Source of the DNA: Candidatus Latescibacterota bacterium
GTDB lineage: Bacteria > Latescibacterota > UBA2968 > SICM01
Direction: 5' to 3'
Assembly (NCBI GenBank): GCA_965217865.1
Contig: CBDCJO010000001.1
Span: 384,001-448,000, forward strand
Length of the DNA stretch: 64,000 nt
Position 1 is the first letter of the stretch, and every line of letters begins with the position of its first letter. The translations under genes were made by a program, and so were the position numbers. This document shows positions 19,897-30,569 of the stretch, one piece after another. The notes beneath the pieces were generated by a model. It was not told the origin of the DNA, searched no databases, and saw only the letters and a list, made by a program, of their open reading frames with translations.

Positions 19897-20592
19897 ATGC
19901 GATATATTCTTCTATTCTCCGCGTCTCTGCTTATAGCAGGTTGCAGCATTATCGATAGGCAGGGGTCCCCTCAAGTCCAAGATCTGACGACCAGCCTTGG
20001 TGAAGAATCCACCGTGGGTCGAGGGAAACAGGTGGTTGTGACAATTTTTGCAACGGATGCAGACAACGATGAGTTGGACTTCACCTGGACAGCTATCTCA
20101 TTGAGCGATGAAACCAATGACAGCGGAAAGTTCCTTAATCCCAGGACGAGCATCCCCCCGCAGGATACTCTGATCGGGGTCTTCCAGGATACGATTTCGA
20201 TTATCTGGGAAGCTCCATCAATCCCGGATGTCTACCTCCTTCAACTTCAGATAACAGACGGCAGGAACACCTTTACGGATTCCCTGCTGGTGGAGGTCAC
20301 CCAGCGTCCTCCTTCAGCACACGCGGGTCTGGATCAGCGTATCGATTTTATGGATGGGGGATCTGTTACTCTGAACGGGACAGGGAGCACGGACCCGGAT
20401 GAAGACGACCTCATCTATAGCTGGCTGCAGATAAACGGGCCGGATGTCACGCTTGTCGGGCATGGTGCCCAACCGTTCTTTACGCCTCTTGCCGCCGGCG
20501 ACTATGTCTTTAGACTCAGGGTCTACGACACGGCCGATTCAAGTAATGTCTCATTTGTGATTGTTCGAGTAAGCGACAGGGGAGGGGGATAG
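19897..20592 (+). CDS. Lipoprotein with Ig-like/PKD (K319L-like) domains
   Basis: Lipobox LIAGC; PSAHAGLDQ...LNGTGSTDPD...YSWLQINGP. Confidence 0.8.
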   Translation: MRYILLFSASLLIAGCSIIDRQGSPQVQDLTTSLGEESTVGRGKQVVVTIFATDADNDELDFTWTAISLSDETNDSGKFLNPRTSIPPQDTLIGVFQDTISIIWEAPSIPDVYLLQLQITDGRNTFTDSLLVEVTQRPPSAHAGLDQRIDFMDGGSVTLNGTGSTDPDEDDLIYSWLQINGPDVTLVGHGAQPFFTPLAAGDYVFRLRVYDTADSSNVSFVIVRVSDRGGG

Positions 20593-20604
20593 GGTATTCA
20601 TCCC

Positions 20605-21915
20605 TTATGTTTTTGGTTTCGTCCTGATTGCCAACCCCAGGAAGGTCCAGAAAAGGACGGCCACCGCCGGGATGTGTAAGGGATAACTGACCGTTACGTA
20701 GATCAGGATCGCGGAGATTGTCGAAAGAAACCCCAGACGGAGAAGCCGGTCCTCCCTCTCTTCGATACCGTGTACCCTGTGCCAGGCTTTCAGGAAGAGA
20801 TGGGCCAAGAGGGAAAGGAACAGAAGGAGGCCCGGAAGACCGATTTCGGCACCCATTTGCAGGTAATCGTTGTGGGCGTGTTTAACGTTTTCGGTTTTCA
20901 TGTCAGTATCCAGGCGGTCGAATCTCTCTGTCTTCCGAAGCATGAGATCCCGGAATTCGGGATAGGCATCGCTGAAAAAACCGGGTCCCACACCCAGGAT
21001 CGGATTCTCGGTCATCATGGATCGGGCTGATGACCAGATCAGGTAACGGTGTCCGACACTGGTGCCACCAACGACCTCCGGACGAACGATCTCTCGAGAA
21101 CTCAAAAAGCGTTCCGGTATAGAGATTGCCGACGGCACCCTGAAGGGATTCGGAACAGAATATATTATCGTGATCGCGGTGAGAATGGGCAGGGTTGTCA
21201 GTATCCATACCCGATTCTCTGAGAAGACCTTGAACAAACCGAACCGCCAGGCCCCGATCAAAACGAAGCCCCCTGTAAAGATTCCCGCCCACCACGCTCC
21301 TCGACTTCCCGACATGAGAAAACAGGTATAGATCAGTATCGTCGCTCCTTCGGTACATATTTTGTGGGGGGTCCCGAGCTTCGATAACAGCAAGGTGATT
21401 CCAAGCGGAAGAACCGCACAGAGAAAAATGCCCAGGTCGTTCGGGTTGGAAAACGTAGATACGATTCTGCCCGGAAATGGAGATTCCGGGACCCACAGAC
21501 CATAATACTCAGCGATTCCCAGGGTCGAGACCCAGGCCCCGCTAAAGACAGCCACCAGAGCAAGGGGGAAGTTGAGCCGCCCACTGCTCCCGGCTGCGAT
21601 GAAGGGCAAGATCAGGAAGGCGGTGAACAACAAGACGTTCCGGATTCCTTTCGGTAGTTCCGGAGAGGCGACGGCGGCTGCCGTGTGCCAGGCAAGAAAA
21701 CACAGGACGAAAGCCCACGTCAGACGATCCGTTCGCGAAGGTTTTGGGATACCAGGTAGGAGAAGTGCCCAGAGCAAAAGGGACAGACCCAAAAGCCAGA
21801 GGCTTTCCGCCTTCCAACCGGACGTTCGAGAGAGCAATGGGGCGATGAAGTAGAGGAAACATACCCCGGCCGCGGAGACACGGGCAAGGGGATGAGATTG
21901 GCTGAATCGGATCAT
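20605..21915 (-). CDS. O-antigen ligase (Wzy_C) family membrane protein
   Basis: STFSNPN, SGSRG, NPILGVGPG and HAHNDYLQ...E.G motifs. Confidence 0.88.
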   Translation of the reverse strand: MIRFSQSHPLARVSAAGVCFLYFIAPLLSRTSGWKAESLWLLGLSLLLWALLLPGIPKPSRTDRLTWAFVLCFLAWHTAAAVASPELPKGIRNVLLFTAFLILPFIAAGSSGRLNFPLALVAVFSGAWVSTLGIAEYYGLWVPESPFPGRIVSTFSNPNDLGIFLCAVLPLGITLLLSKLGTPHKICTEGATILIYTCFLMSGSRGAWWAGIFTGGFVLIGAWRFGLFKVFSENRVWILTTLPILTAITIIYSVPNPFRVPSAISIPERFLSSREIVRPEVVGGTSVGHRYLIWSSARSMMTENPILGVGPGFFSDAYPEFRDLMLRKTERFDRLDTDMKTENVKHAHNDYLQMGAEIGLPGLLLFLSLLAHLFLKAWHRVHGIEEREDRLLRLGFLSTISAILIYVTVSYPLHIPAVAVLFWTFLGLAIRTKPKT

Positions 21916-23149
21916 GGTCGTTGTTTTAAAAAATGCGTGTTATCTGATCGTCGAGAAGGGCGCTCTGCTCCTATCCGGCCTTGTCATTCTGGTATTGGTC
22001 GGCCGATGGACCGGGATGGAGGGACTGGGAAGGTATACCTTCGTCGTAAGTCTCGCCTCTATGATGATGCCCTTGCTCGACATCGGGCTCAACAGCCGTA
22101 TCGTGAAGGGAATCGCAGGGGGGAACCCGGAATCATCTGTCTGGCGGGCATATGCGGTCAAGATCAAGCTTGCTGCGGCTCCCGTAGCAATCTGTCTGCC
22201 GATCCTTTTCGGCTTGTGGACAGGCCGGGACCCGGATGTGATTATTGGGTTGTTCATTTTCGGGATGTCCTCAGTTGCGATGAGCCTCGGCGACTTGGCC
22301 AACGCCGTCTTCAAGGGGCGGGAGCGGATGGGCTACAGCGCCTGGGTCACCTTGCTCTGGAACGGCCTTCTCCTGCTCGGATGTTGGGTCGCGCTCGTCT
22401 GGGGGTGGGGTCTGATCGGTCTGACGTCAGCGTTCCTGGTTGCGAGGACTTTCTACGCCTTCCTGGCTTCATCTCTCTCTCGCCTGATTTATCCACCCAC
22501 TGCGGCCGACCTCCACACAGGTGGCATGGCCGATCTTCTCCGTAAAGGCATCCTGAGTTTCCCCGCCTCGTATTTCCTTCTCGGCCTTCTCAACCTCAGC
22601 CTGGTTCTGGTCACTTTGTGGGGCGGCAATCGTGAGGGCGGTCAGTTTGCCCTGGGTCAAAGGCTTTTGGCGGCGATGTTCATTGTGGCCTCAGGCGGGA
22701 TCGAAGCGACCTTTCCCGCCTTATCCCGTCGCTTTTCCCGGAATTCCAATGATTTTGTGCGCCCCCTGATCCGTGCAACCGGAGCCCTGGCCATCATCAG
22801 CATCTTGTCATCCACAGTTGCATACAGCCTGGCCGAACCTGCGGTCTCCCTTTTATTCGGACCTGTTCCAGAGGCCGTATCTATCATCCGTGTGATGGTC
22901 TGGGCGGTTCCGCCCTTCGCGCTGTGCGCCTTGTTTCACTATGCGCTTGTGGCCTCCGACCGGGAACGGTCCGCCTTCCTCTGGATGAGCATCCTGACAG
23001 CGTCAGGGGCCGTCGTGAACGCCACGGGTGTGTGGCGGTGGGGAATGCTTGGGGGAGGGATCACCCTGATCGTGTGGGGAACCGTGTGCGCGATCGTCCT
23101 TGCGTCGTTATTATGGAGATCGCATCGCAGGTCGAAGACCCAGGTTTAG
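21914..23149 (+). CDS. Wzx-like oligosaccharide flippase
   Basis: About 12 TM helices; KNA...LGRYT...DIGL pattern of polysaccharide flippases. Confidence 0.8.
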   Translation: MVVVLKNACYLIVEKGALLLSGLVILVLVGRWTGMEGLGRYTFVVSLASMMMPLLDIGLNSRIVKGIAGGNPESSVWRAYAVKIKLAAAPVAICLPILFGLWTGRDPDVIIGLFIFGMSSVAMSLGDLANAVFKGRERMGYSAWVTLLWNGLLLLGCWVALVWGWGLIGLTSAFLVARTFYAFLASSLSRLIYPPTAADLHTGGMADLLRKGILSFPASYFLLGLLNLSLVLVTLWGGNREGGQFALGQRLLAAMFIVASGGIEATFPALSRRFSRNSNDFVRPLIRATGALAIISILSSTVAYSLAEPAVSLLFGPVPEAVSIIRVMVWAVPPFALCALFHYALVASDRERSAFLWMSILTASGAVVNATGVWRWGMLGGGITLIVWGTVCAIVLASLLWRSHRRSKTQV

Positions 23150-23919
23150 CGCAAAAGATTCCGCAGCCGAGACCAGACACTCTGTCCATTACCCTCCGTC
23201 CTATCCGTGGTATCCCCCAGAGCCCTCATCTGATGTCTCTCCCACAGCTTCCGAATCTCGATAACGGTTGCGGCTGTCAACCCCCCGTGAGGCATCAGAC
23301 CGACGCTATCCTGGAAACGCTTGATGGCCTCTTTCACCTCCTGGGTCAGAACTCCGTCAACCTGTCCGTGGTAATATCCGAGGGACCGGAGGATCGTCTG
23401 GATCTCATACGTGTACTCCGGACCGACCGGCAGGTCCGCCGGGGGTGCTTCGGATCGGTGGATCATATCCATAGGGGGACAAAGGCCTGTGCGGATCATG
23501 ATTCCTTCATAGATACAAAAAGCCATTGAGAGGATGGCGAAAAGGGAGATCAAGGCAAAAGGGAAAGTGAGCGAGGTGTGAACGATATGGGGATCGAACA
23601 ATTTGTTCACACAGATCCCGTAAAGCAGGAGTCGAACCCCGGCAAAGATGATCGGAGCGGTATAAGGGATCATAATCGGTGTGCCGTGCCTCCGAAAACG
23701 CCAGGCCATAAATAGCGTGTAGAGATCCATCCAGAGGGCGGCGAGGTGGAGGTCCACCAGGCCCTTTATGATCCGTCCGTGCGCCTCTTCCTGGGCCCCC
23801 CACCCGATTAAGGCGGCCATCAGGAGCACCCCGATCCCGGGCCCAAAGGGTGCGACGAATCCTGTCGTAAAGGAAGGCCGCGGGGATTGCGGTTCAGGGG
23901 GGTTTTCGTAACGGTTCAT
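23146..23919 (-). CDS. Membrane protein with C-terminal peptidoglycan-binding domain
   Basis: Four TM helices, then IQTILRSLGYY.G.VDG...AIKRFQ...GL..G. Confidence 0.75.
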   Translation of the reverse strand: MNRYENPPEPQSPRPSFTTGFVAPFGPGIGVLLMAALIGWGAQEEAHGRIIKGLVDLHLAALWMDLYTLFMAWRFRRHGTPIMIPYTAPIIFAGVRLLLYGICVNKLFDPHIVHTSLTFPFALISLFAILSMAFCIYEGIMIRTGLCPPMDMIHRSEAPPADLPVGPEYTYEIQTILRSLGYYHGQVDGVLTQEVKEAIKRFQDSVGLMPHGGLTAATVIEIRKLWERHQMRALGDTTDRTEGNGQSVWSRLRNLLR

Positions 23920-23927
23920 GGTATTTG

Positions 23928-23955
23928 AAACGTCAAACGTCAAACGTCAAACGTC
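23928..23955. repeat. Heptamer tandem repeat (AAACGTC)x4
   Basis: Seen directly. Confidence 0.9.
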
Positions 23956-24147
23956 AAAACGGAGACGGCAGAATAAAGACGTGGCCCGAGAATCGTCAAA
24001 TCAGTCGGGCGTCGTGGGGCAAGATCGTGAATCGTGAAAAATACCAATTTAAAAAACTTGCATTATTTTATCGCGCGTTATGGCCAAAAGCAAGGGTTAA
24101 ATGGTTTAAATTCGACTCCCATTGCCCAAATTCTGAGGTATGAAAGG

Positions 24148-25975
24148 GGGACCCTTGCCGTTGCGCTGTTCGGCGATGAAGCCCTTCTGGGGACGGGCCT
24201 GGGATTTGGGGCACAGCTCCAGGCCCAACTATTGGGCGTTCTGAGTTGTTTTGTATGGTCATTCGGTGTCACCTACGTGATCCTGAGTACGCTTAACCGA
24301 TTCCTTCCTTTCCGCGTTTCTCTGGAGGAGGAGCAGATCGGGCTGAACGTCTCGGAGCACGGCGCAACCACGGATCTTCTGGATCTTTTTGTGGTGATGG
24401 ACCAGCAGTCGAAGACCGGGGATTTGAGCCTTCGGGTGCCGGTGGAGCCGTTTACCGAGGTGGGGCAGATCGCGGAACGATACAACCAGGTGATGGGCGC
24501 ACTGGAGAATGCGATCAGAAGAACAGAGGCGATCGTGAGAACGACGATGGACGGTATTGCGACATTTTCAAAGAGGTCGCTTGAGATTCTCACCTTGAAT
24601 CCCGCTGCCGAGTCGATGTTCGGCCATACCGCGGACCAGGCTTTGGGTCTGCCTGTCGCGCGGCTTTTCGAGTCGGCCCAGGGGAGATCGGAAGGATCCC
24701 CTTCCGGGTCGATCGAATCGACGATCTCTGAGCTTGCCGGGGTCGAAACGTATCACGAAATGACGGGATGCCGGGGGGACGGCTCAACTTTTCCGATGGA
24801 AGTGATGGTGACGGAGTCGAAATCGGATGAGGAGTCTTTTTGGGTCGGGACCTTTCGAGATATCACGGAGCGCAAACGCCAGGAAGAGGCGATGCGGCTG
24901 ATTGTCGAGGGAACTTCCAAATCGACGGGTGAAGATTTCTGTCGCTCTCTTGTTCGGCATCTGGGCGCGGTCCTACACGTTCGTAACGCCGGGCTTTCGG
25001 AGGTTACAGACGCCACGTGCAAACGTCTGCGTCTTGTCGCCCAGTGGAGCTCGGCCAATTGCGAGGAGGTCCACGAATACGATGTGGCCGGTACACCGTG
25101 TGAAACGGTAATCGGACAGGACTCACGTTTCTATCCTGAGGGAGTCCAGTCCCTTTTTCCTGAAGACGTTTATCTTGTCGATCAAGGCATCGAAAGTTAC
25201 TGGGCCGTTCCCCTGTATGATACCCGGAAACTTCCGCTGGGCCATCTATACGTGATGGATAACAGACCCATGGAGAAAGCGCCCTGGCGCGAATCGATCC
25301 TCAAGATCTTCGCCGCCCGCGCGGCTGCGGAATTGGAACGGATCCAGGTCGAGAAGGCGTTGAAGAATGCCAAAGAGGGCGCGGAGGGGGCCAACCGGGC
25401 CAAGAGCGTGTTTCTTGCGAACATGAGCCATGAACTTCGCACCCCCCTCAACGCCATCCTGGGCTTTTCTCAGTTGATGACCCGGAATAAGGGACTCACG
25501 GCCGAACAACATGAGAACTTGAAGGTCATCGGCCGTAGCGGTGAACACCTTTTGACCCTGATCAACGACGTGCTCGATATGTCAAAGATCGAAGCAGGGC
25601 AGATCGTGCTGAACGAGGAGGACTTCAACCTGTATCGTCTTCTGGATAACCTGGAAGAGATGCTCGGTCTCCGTGCGAAGGATAAAGGCCTTCGGTTGAT
25701 CCTGGACCTGGAACCGAGCGTGCCTCAATCTATACGAACGGATGAGAGCAAGCTTCGGCAGGTGCTGATCAACCTGGTTGGGAATGCGATCAAGTTCACC
25801 GAAGAGGGAGATGTGGCCCTGCGTGTGGGCTTTCGGAAAGCGGACTCGGACACCCGCCTGATATTTGAGGTTGAAGATTCGGGGCCGGGAATTGCAGCAG
25901 AAGAGATGAATGTCCTGTTCGACGCCTTCGTCCAGACGGCTTCGGGTCAGAAGAAGCAGGAGGGAACGGGCCTAG
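24148..25975 (+). pseudogene. Ammonium transporter-PAS-GAF-histidine kinase fusion, truncated at both ends
   Basis: Amt C-terminus GTLAVALF...QLLG...RVSLEEEQIGLNVSEHG; PAS; GAF; FLANMSHELRTPLN; cut at EGTGL by the IS. Confidence 0.8.
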
Positions 25976-27501
25976 CAGCCCGTTGAAGAACTACCTTTCA
26001 ACGCACATAAACGGAAAAGACGCCTGGAGTGCGGGTCAGATAAATCAAGGTAAGGAGATTGAGCAGGAGACGCTGATAAGAGGTTAAAAAGGTGACCGAG
26101 GGCAGCAAACGTGATTGTAGGACGAGCAGTAGACGCTGCAAGGCCTTGGCCAGGTCCTGGAGGGCCTTCGGAGTACCTACGCCCATCACTTTGCGCATGA
26201 GCAGAGCCAGGTTGCAGCCCCCGATGTGGATCAGCAAACGCTTGAGGATATTGCCGCGGTCTCTCAAGTGCAACCTGCGCATGCCACCGGTATCATATGT
26301 GTGAGCGATGGTTCTTTCCACCCGTTCTGCACGACTTCGGCGCAAGGCCTTGCCGCGATCTCCCTTGATCCGGCGTCGATTCGCATATACCGCGGCCTGC
26401 TCATCTCGTCGGCCGTTCCACTTGCGGCGTCCCCGATCCGGTTCTGAAATGTAACTCCGGATGCCGCCTTGCTTCAGACTGGTCAATACATCGTTGCTAT
26501 GATATCCTTTGTCCGCAACCACCTCCCGTATACGCTGTCTGTGCAAACGTTTGGCAGCTTTTTCGTCCTTCGCGACCTGCTTGAGATTGAGCGGCGCCTC
26601 GAGCAGCGTCCAGGGCAACGACTCGGTATCTCCTTCATCTGCTCCCGACAACGCCACTGCCACAATGGCATTGGTGTCCAGATCCACCGCGTGCTCCACC
26701 TTGTGCGCCATGTGCGTGCGACCGTCCTTCATCTTAGCGATCTTGGCATCCGGGTCGTGCGGGTGCTCCCAGTCCTGGTTCGATCCCTTCTTCGGTCGCT
26801 TCTTATCGATCTTGGACAAGTCCTCGCGGGTAGGCGTTTCAATGCCCGAGGCCTTGGCCAGATTCTCAAGGAATGCCTGGTAGCCTTCACCCGTGTCACG
26901 GCGTACAATGCTGCGCATCGCGGCGTTGGCCTCCAGTGTCGTAGCATCCACGCCCAACGTCTTCCCCTTCACCAGACCCGCTTTGCACAAGACCCTCAGG
27001 ATCCACTTGAAAACCGCTTCGTGAACTTCCAAGGGAAGCCGATGCCGGATGCGAGACAGGCTGGAATGATCCGGGGTCTGTTCGTCAAGGGCATACCCCA
27101 AAAACCGGCGCAACGTCAGCGAGTCAGATACACGCCATTCGATCCCACGTTCCGAATCAAGTCCCTCGAAATACCCAATCAAAAGCATCCGAAAATAAAC
27201 CCCGGGCGGAATGCCCTTGCGACCCATATGAGGAGCGTAATACCGCTGGCAAAGCCCCTCGACGAACTCGTCGAAGCCGTTCGCCCCCAATACCTGATTC
27301 AGCTTCTCGTAGAACGGATGACCCGGAGATTTCACCAAAGTGTTCGATGCGATGAACAGGTTTTCCTGTCTCTGTCGTCCTCGTTTTCCCATTGCCATTT
27401 GCTCGTCCTCCCTTCTCAGTTTGAACCTGATATATCATAGGACCAAACCACAAGGAAAGACAACAGTCATCTTGGCATAAACGCACTTTTTCAACAGGCT
27501 G
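25976..27501 (-). mobile_element. IS5/IS1182-type insertion sequence, copy 2 (inverted, 1526 bp)
   Basis: Near-identical reverse complement of 11572-13097; CTAG at 25972-25975 and 27502-27505. Confidence 0.93.
25998..27398 (-). CDS. DDE transposase, copy 2
   Basis: Identical to the copy 1 protein except one Q-to-P change. Confidence 0.92.
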   Translation of the reverse strand: MAMGKRGRQRQENLFIASNTLVKSPGHPFYEKLNQVLGANGFDEFVEGLCQRYYAPHMGRKGIPPGVYFRMLLIGYFEGLDSERGIEWRVSDSLTLRRFLGYALDEQTPDHSSLSRIRHRLPLEVHEAVFKWILRVLCKAGLVKGKTLGVDATTLEANAAMRSIVRRDTGEGYQAFLENLAKASGIETPTREDLSKIDKKRPKKGSNQDWEHPHDPDAKIAKMKDGRTHMAHKVEHAVDLDTNAIVAVALSGADEGDTESLPWTLLEAPLNLKQVAKDEKAAKRLHRQRIREVVADKGYHSNDVLTSLKQGGIRSYISEPDRGRRKWNGRRDEQAAVYANRRRIKGDRGKALRRSRAERVERTIAHTYDTGGMRRLHLRDRGNILKRLLIHIGGCNLALLMRKVMGVGTPKALQDLAKALQRLLLVLQSRLLPSVTFLTSYQRLLLNLLTLIYLTRTPGVFSVYVR

Positions 27502-28998
27502 CTAGAGGTCGAGCAGTCCGGGGAGTCGATCATGATCACGGACCTGGAAGGCGTTCTTGTTTACGTCAACCCAGCATTCGAGAAAATCACGGGATACTCC
27601 CGGGAAGAAACAGTGGGCAGGAATCCCCGGTTCCTCAAGAGCGAGAAGCACGACGCGGCTTTTTACCAGGGGCTCTGGGATACGCTTGCCTGGGGGGAAT
27701 CCTGGTCGGGTCATTTTATCAACAAGCGCAAGGACGGAACCCTTTTTGAGGAGGAGGCGGTCATTTCTCCCATTCGAGACCCGGATGGACAGACCGTTAA
27801 TTATGTGGCGGTCAAACGGGACGTCACCAGGGAGGTCTCGCTTCAGGAGCAGCTTCAGCAGGCCCAGAAGATGGAGGCGGTGGGGACGCTGGCGGGAGGG
27901 GTGGCGCACGACTTCAACAATCTGTTGACCACCATTATCGGTTACGCACAGATCGCCCTGTTGGACGAAAATTTGAAAGGCCAGACGCGGAAAAACATCA
28001 CGAGGATCCCGGAACAGGGCCAGCGGGCGGCGAAGTTGATCTCCCAGCTTTTGACATTCAGCCGGCAGATGATAGTCGATCACCAGCCCATGCAGCTTCT
28101 CTACCTGGTCAAGGAGACCTCCAAGATATTGGGACGTACGATCCCCGAAAATATTTCGATCCGGACGAGGTGGACGGGCGAAGTAGCCTTGATTGAGGCC
28201 GACCCGACGCAAATGCAGCAGGTCATCCTGAACCTGTGCTTGAATGCGAGCCACGCGATGCCGAGGGGAGGGGAAATGACTCTGGGCATTGAACATGCGA
28301 CTCTGGATGCGGAATATTGTCATCAATATGCCCACGCCCGCCCCGGGAACTACGTCTGCCTCTGGGTTCAGGACACCGGGATGGGGATGACCCGCGAGTT
28401 GCAGGAACATATCTTCGAGCCCTTTTTCACCACGAAGAAGGTGGGGAAGGGAAGCGGGTTGGGCCTGTCGATGGTCTACGGTATCGTGAAGGCTCATCAA
28501 GGGTTTATCCATGTGTACAGCGAAGAGGGGGTCGGGAGCAATTTCAAGGTCTATCTTCCGGTAGCGGATAGTAGTGTGGCCCTGGCCGAGGCAGTGGATG
28601 ATCAGCCAGAGGGGGGGACGGAGACGCTTTTGCTGGTGGAGGATGAGGAGGCGGTCCGAAAGGTCGAAAATGAGATGCTGAAGACCTTCGGGTACTCGGT
28701 CCTGACGGCGGAGAACGGGGAAGAGGCGCTTAAGATCTATCGTTCGCATTCGGAAGAGATCGCCCTGGTGCTATCGGATATGGTGATGCCGAAGATGGGG
28801 GGGCGAGAACTCTACGGTGCCCTGGTCACTATCAACCCTGAGGTAAAGGTGGTTCTGATGAGCGGCCACGGAATGCGGGAGGATGTAGCCGAACTCCGTG
28901 CCATCGGGTTGAAGGAATTTGTGGATAAACCTCTGGATTTCAACAAGCTGGGGAAGGCCGTCAGGGAAGCTCTAGACGGAAAAGCAGTGGCAACTTAA
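27502..28998 (+). pseudogene. C-terminal half of a hybrid kinase: PAS-HisKA-HATPase-REC
   Basis: Frame open from the CTAG junction (LEVEQSGESIMITD); AGGVAHDFNNLL; GSGLGL; REC domain with LVEDE and DMVMP. Confidence 0.85.
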
Positions 28999-29104
28999 TC
29001 GTCTGAACGGGAATATTGAAATCGTAGACTAAAAAAAAGTGATCTTCATCGCAGCGGATCTTTTGACTCTCGACATCCTTGATCGTGAGGGATTGATGAT
29101 GAAA

Positions 29105-29211
29105 TTATAACTTTCTTAATCCCACCTTGTCCCCCTCGAACGCTCAGGCTCCGATGTCTATTCCGAGCCGTGGACTCCTTCCGCCAGCGACCTGTGCCAG
29201 GTCAAGGAGTT
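29105..29211 (-). repeat. 107-bp dispersed repeat, copy B
   Basis: 103/107 identical to the reverse complement of 14214-14320. Confidence 0.9.
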
Positions 29212-29238
29212 TCTCGAAAATTCCATTTTCCATTTTCC

Positions 29239-30569
29239 CTATAGTCCATACTCCCTCATCTTCCGCCTCAACGTAGGCCTCGTGATCCCAAGGAGTTCGC
29301 ACGCCCGGCCCCGGTTTCCGCCTGTGACCTGGAGAACCCTTTCGATTTGAACCTGCTCGGCCTCCGCAAGCGTCACGGGTGAAGCTTCTTCCTTATCACT
29401 GCCTATCCGTCCGGTATCAACCGGGGTCGGCAGATCATCGCTCTCCACGATCCCTTCTCCGGCGTTGATTACGGCGCGCGTCAGGACATTATCCAGCTCC
29501 CGGACATTCCCGGGCCAGTTCCTGATCATCAATTTTTGGACAGCCCGATGAGAGATCCCATCGATCCGACGGCCCAATCCGCAGCTGATTCGACGGATGA
29601 GATGGCGGGAGAGGAACGGGATATCCTCCTGGCGATCTCTGAGAGGGGGGAGATGGATCGTGACGACACTCAGACGATAGTAGAGATCCTCCCTGAACCG
29701 TCCTTCCCGTACCATTTCTTCCAGGTCCCTGTTCGTCGCGGTCACGACCCGGACATCGGGTCGCACAGTCTCACGGCCACCCACACGTTCAAACTCTCCT
29801 CGATCGAGCGCCCGGAGCAGTTTGACCTGGAGGGAAAGCGGGGCATCACCGATCTCGTCAAGGAAAAGCGTCCCACCGTCGGCCATCTCGAACCTCCCGC
29901 GACGCCTCTCCACGGCACCGGTAAAAGCTCCTTTTTCGTGGCCGAACAGTTCTGACTCCGCAAGCGTTTCAACCACGGCCGAGCAGTTGATCGGAACGAA
30001 TGGACCCGTTCGGTTCGAATTGAGGTGGATCGCCCTGGCCGCGAGTTCTTTTCCACTGCCGCTCTCTCCCAGAAGAAGGACAGGGGGCGCTTGTAGGAGC
30101 CACCCGCCCGATGGATTTGAACACATCGAGCATCTTCTGGCTCCTTCCGAGAAAGGCATCTTCGTCCGTTTCGAGTCTATCCTGCGGTTCCTCGTATCCC
30201 GAAGACCCCGGACGTCTGATGAAACTTCGCACGGTCCTGATCAGGAACTCCGGACTGATCGGTTTTGTCAGGTAGTCCAACGCCCCTAGCCGCAAGGCTT
30301 CCATCACCGTTCCTGGATGTCGGAAATCCGGTCACCATCAGGACAGGGGCTGTCACCGACCGCTTGTTCAGCTCTCGCAGCACCGACAGCCCCGATCTGT
30401 CCGGAAGGTTTAAGTCCAACAGGATGACCCGGGGGGGAGCCTTGAGAGCGGCTCGGAGTCCCTCCGCTGCGGTCTTCGCCGCCTCCACCTGGAATCCCCC
30501 GTCCTCCAAACAGAAGCCCATGCTCTCCAGGAAATCTACGTTGTCATCGATGACAAGAACCCGGTCCAT
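29239..30569 (-). pseudogene. NtrC-family sigma54-dependent response regulator with two +1 frameshifts (near 30310 and 30085)
   Basis: REC domain (VLVIDDN, LLDLNLP); GESGSGKE; GAFTGA; FLDEIG; Fis-type HTH. Confidence 0.85.

Noticed and set aside
24034-24147. N-terminal extension of the 650-aa kinase ORF
   Set aside because: AT-rich and without Amt similarity; a chance open frame upstream of the truncation point.
27502-28749. 415-aa minus-strand ORF
   Set aside because: Antisense shadow of the hybrid kinase.
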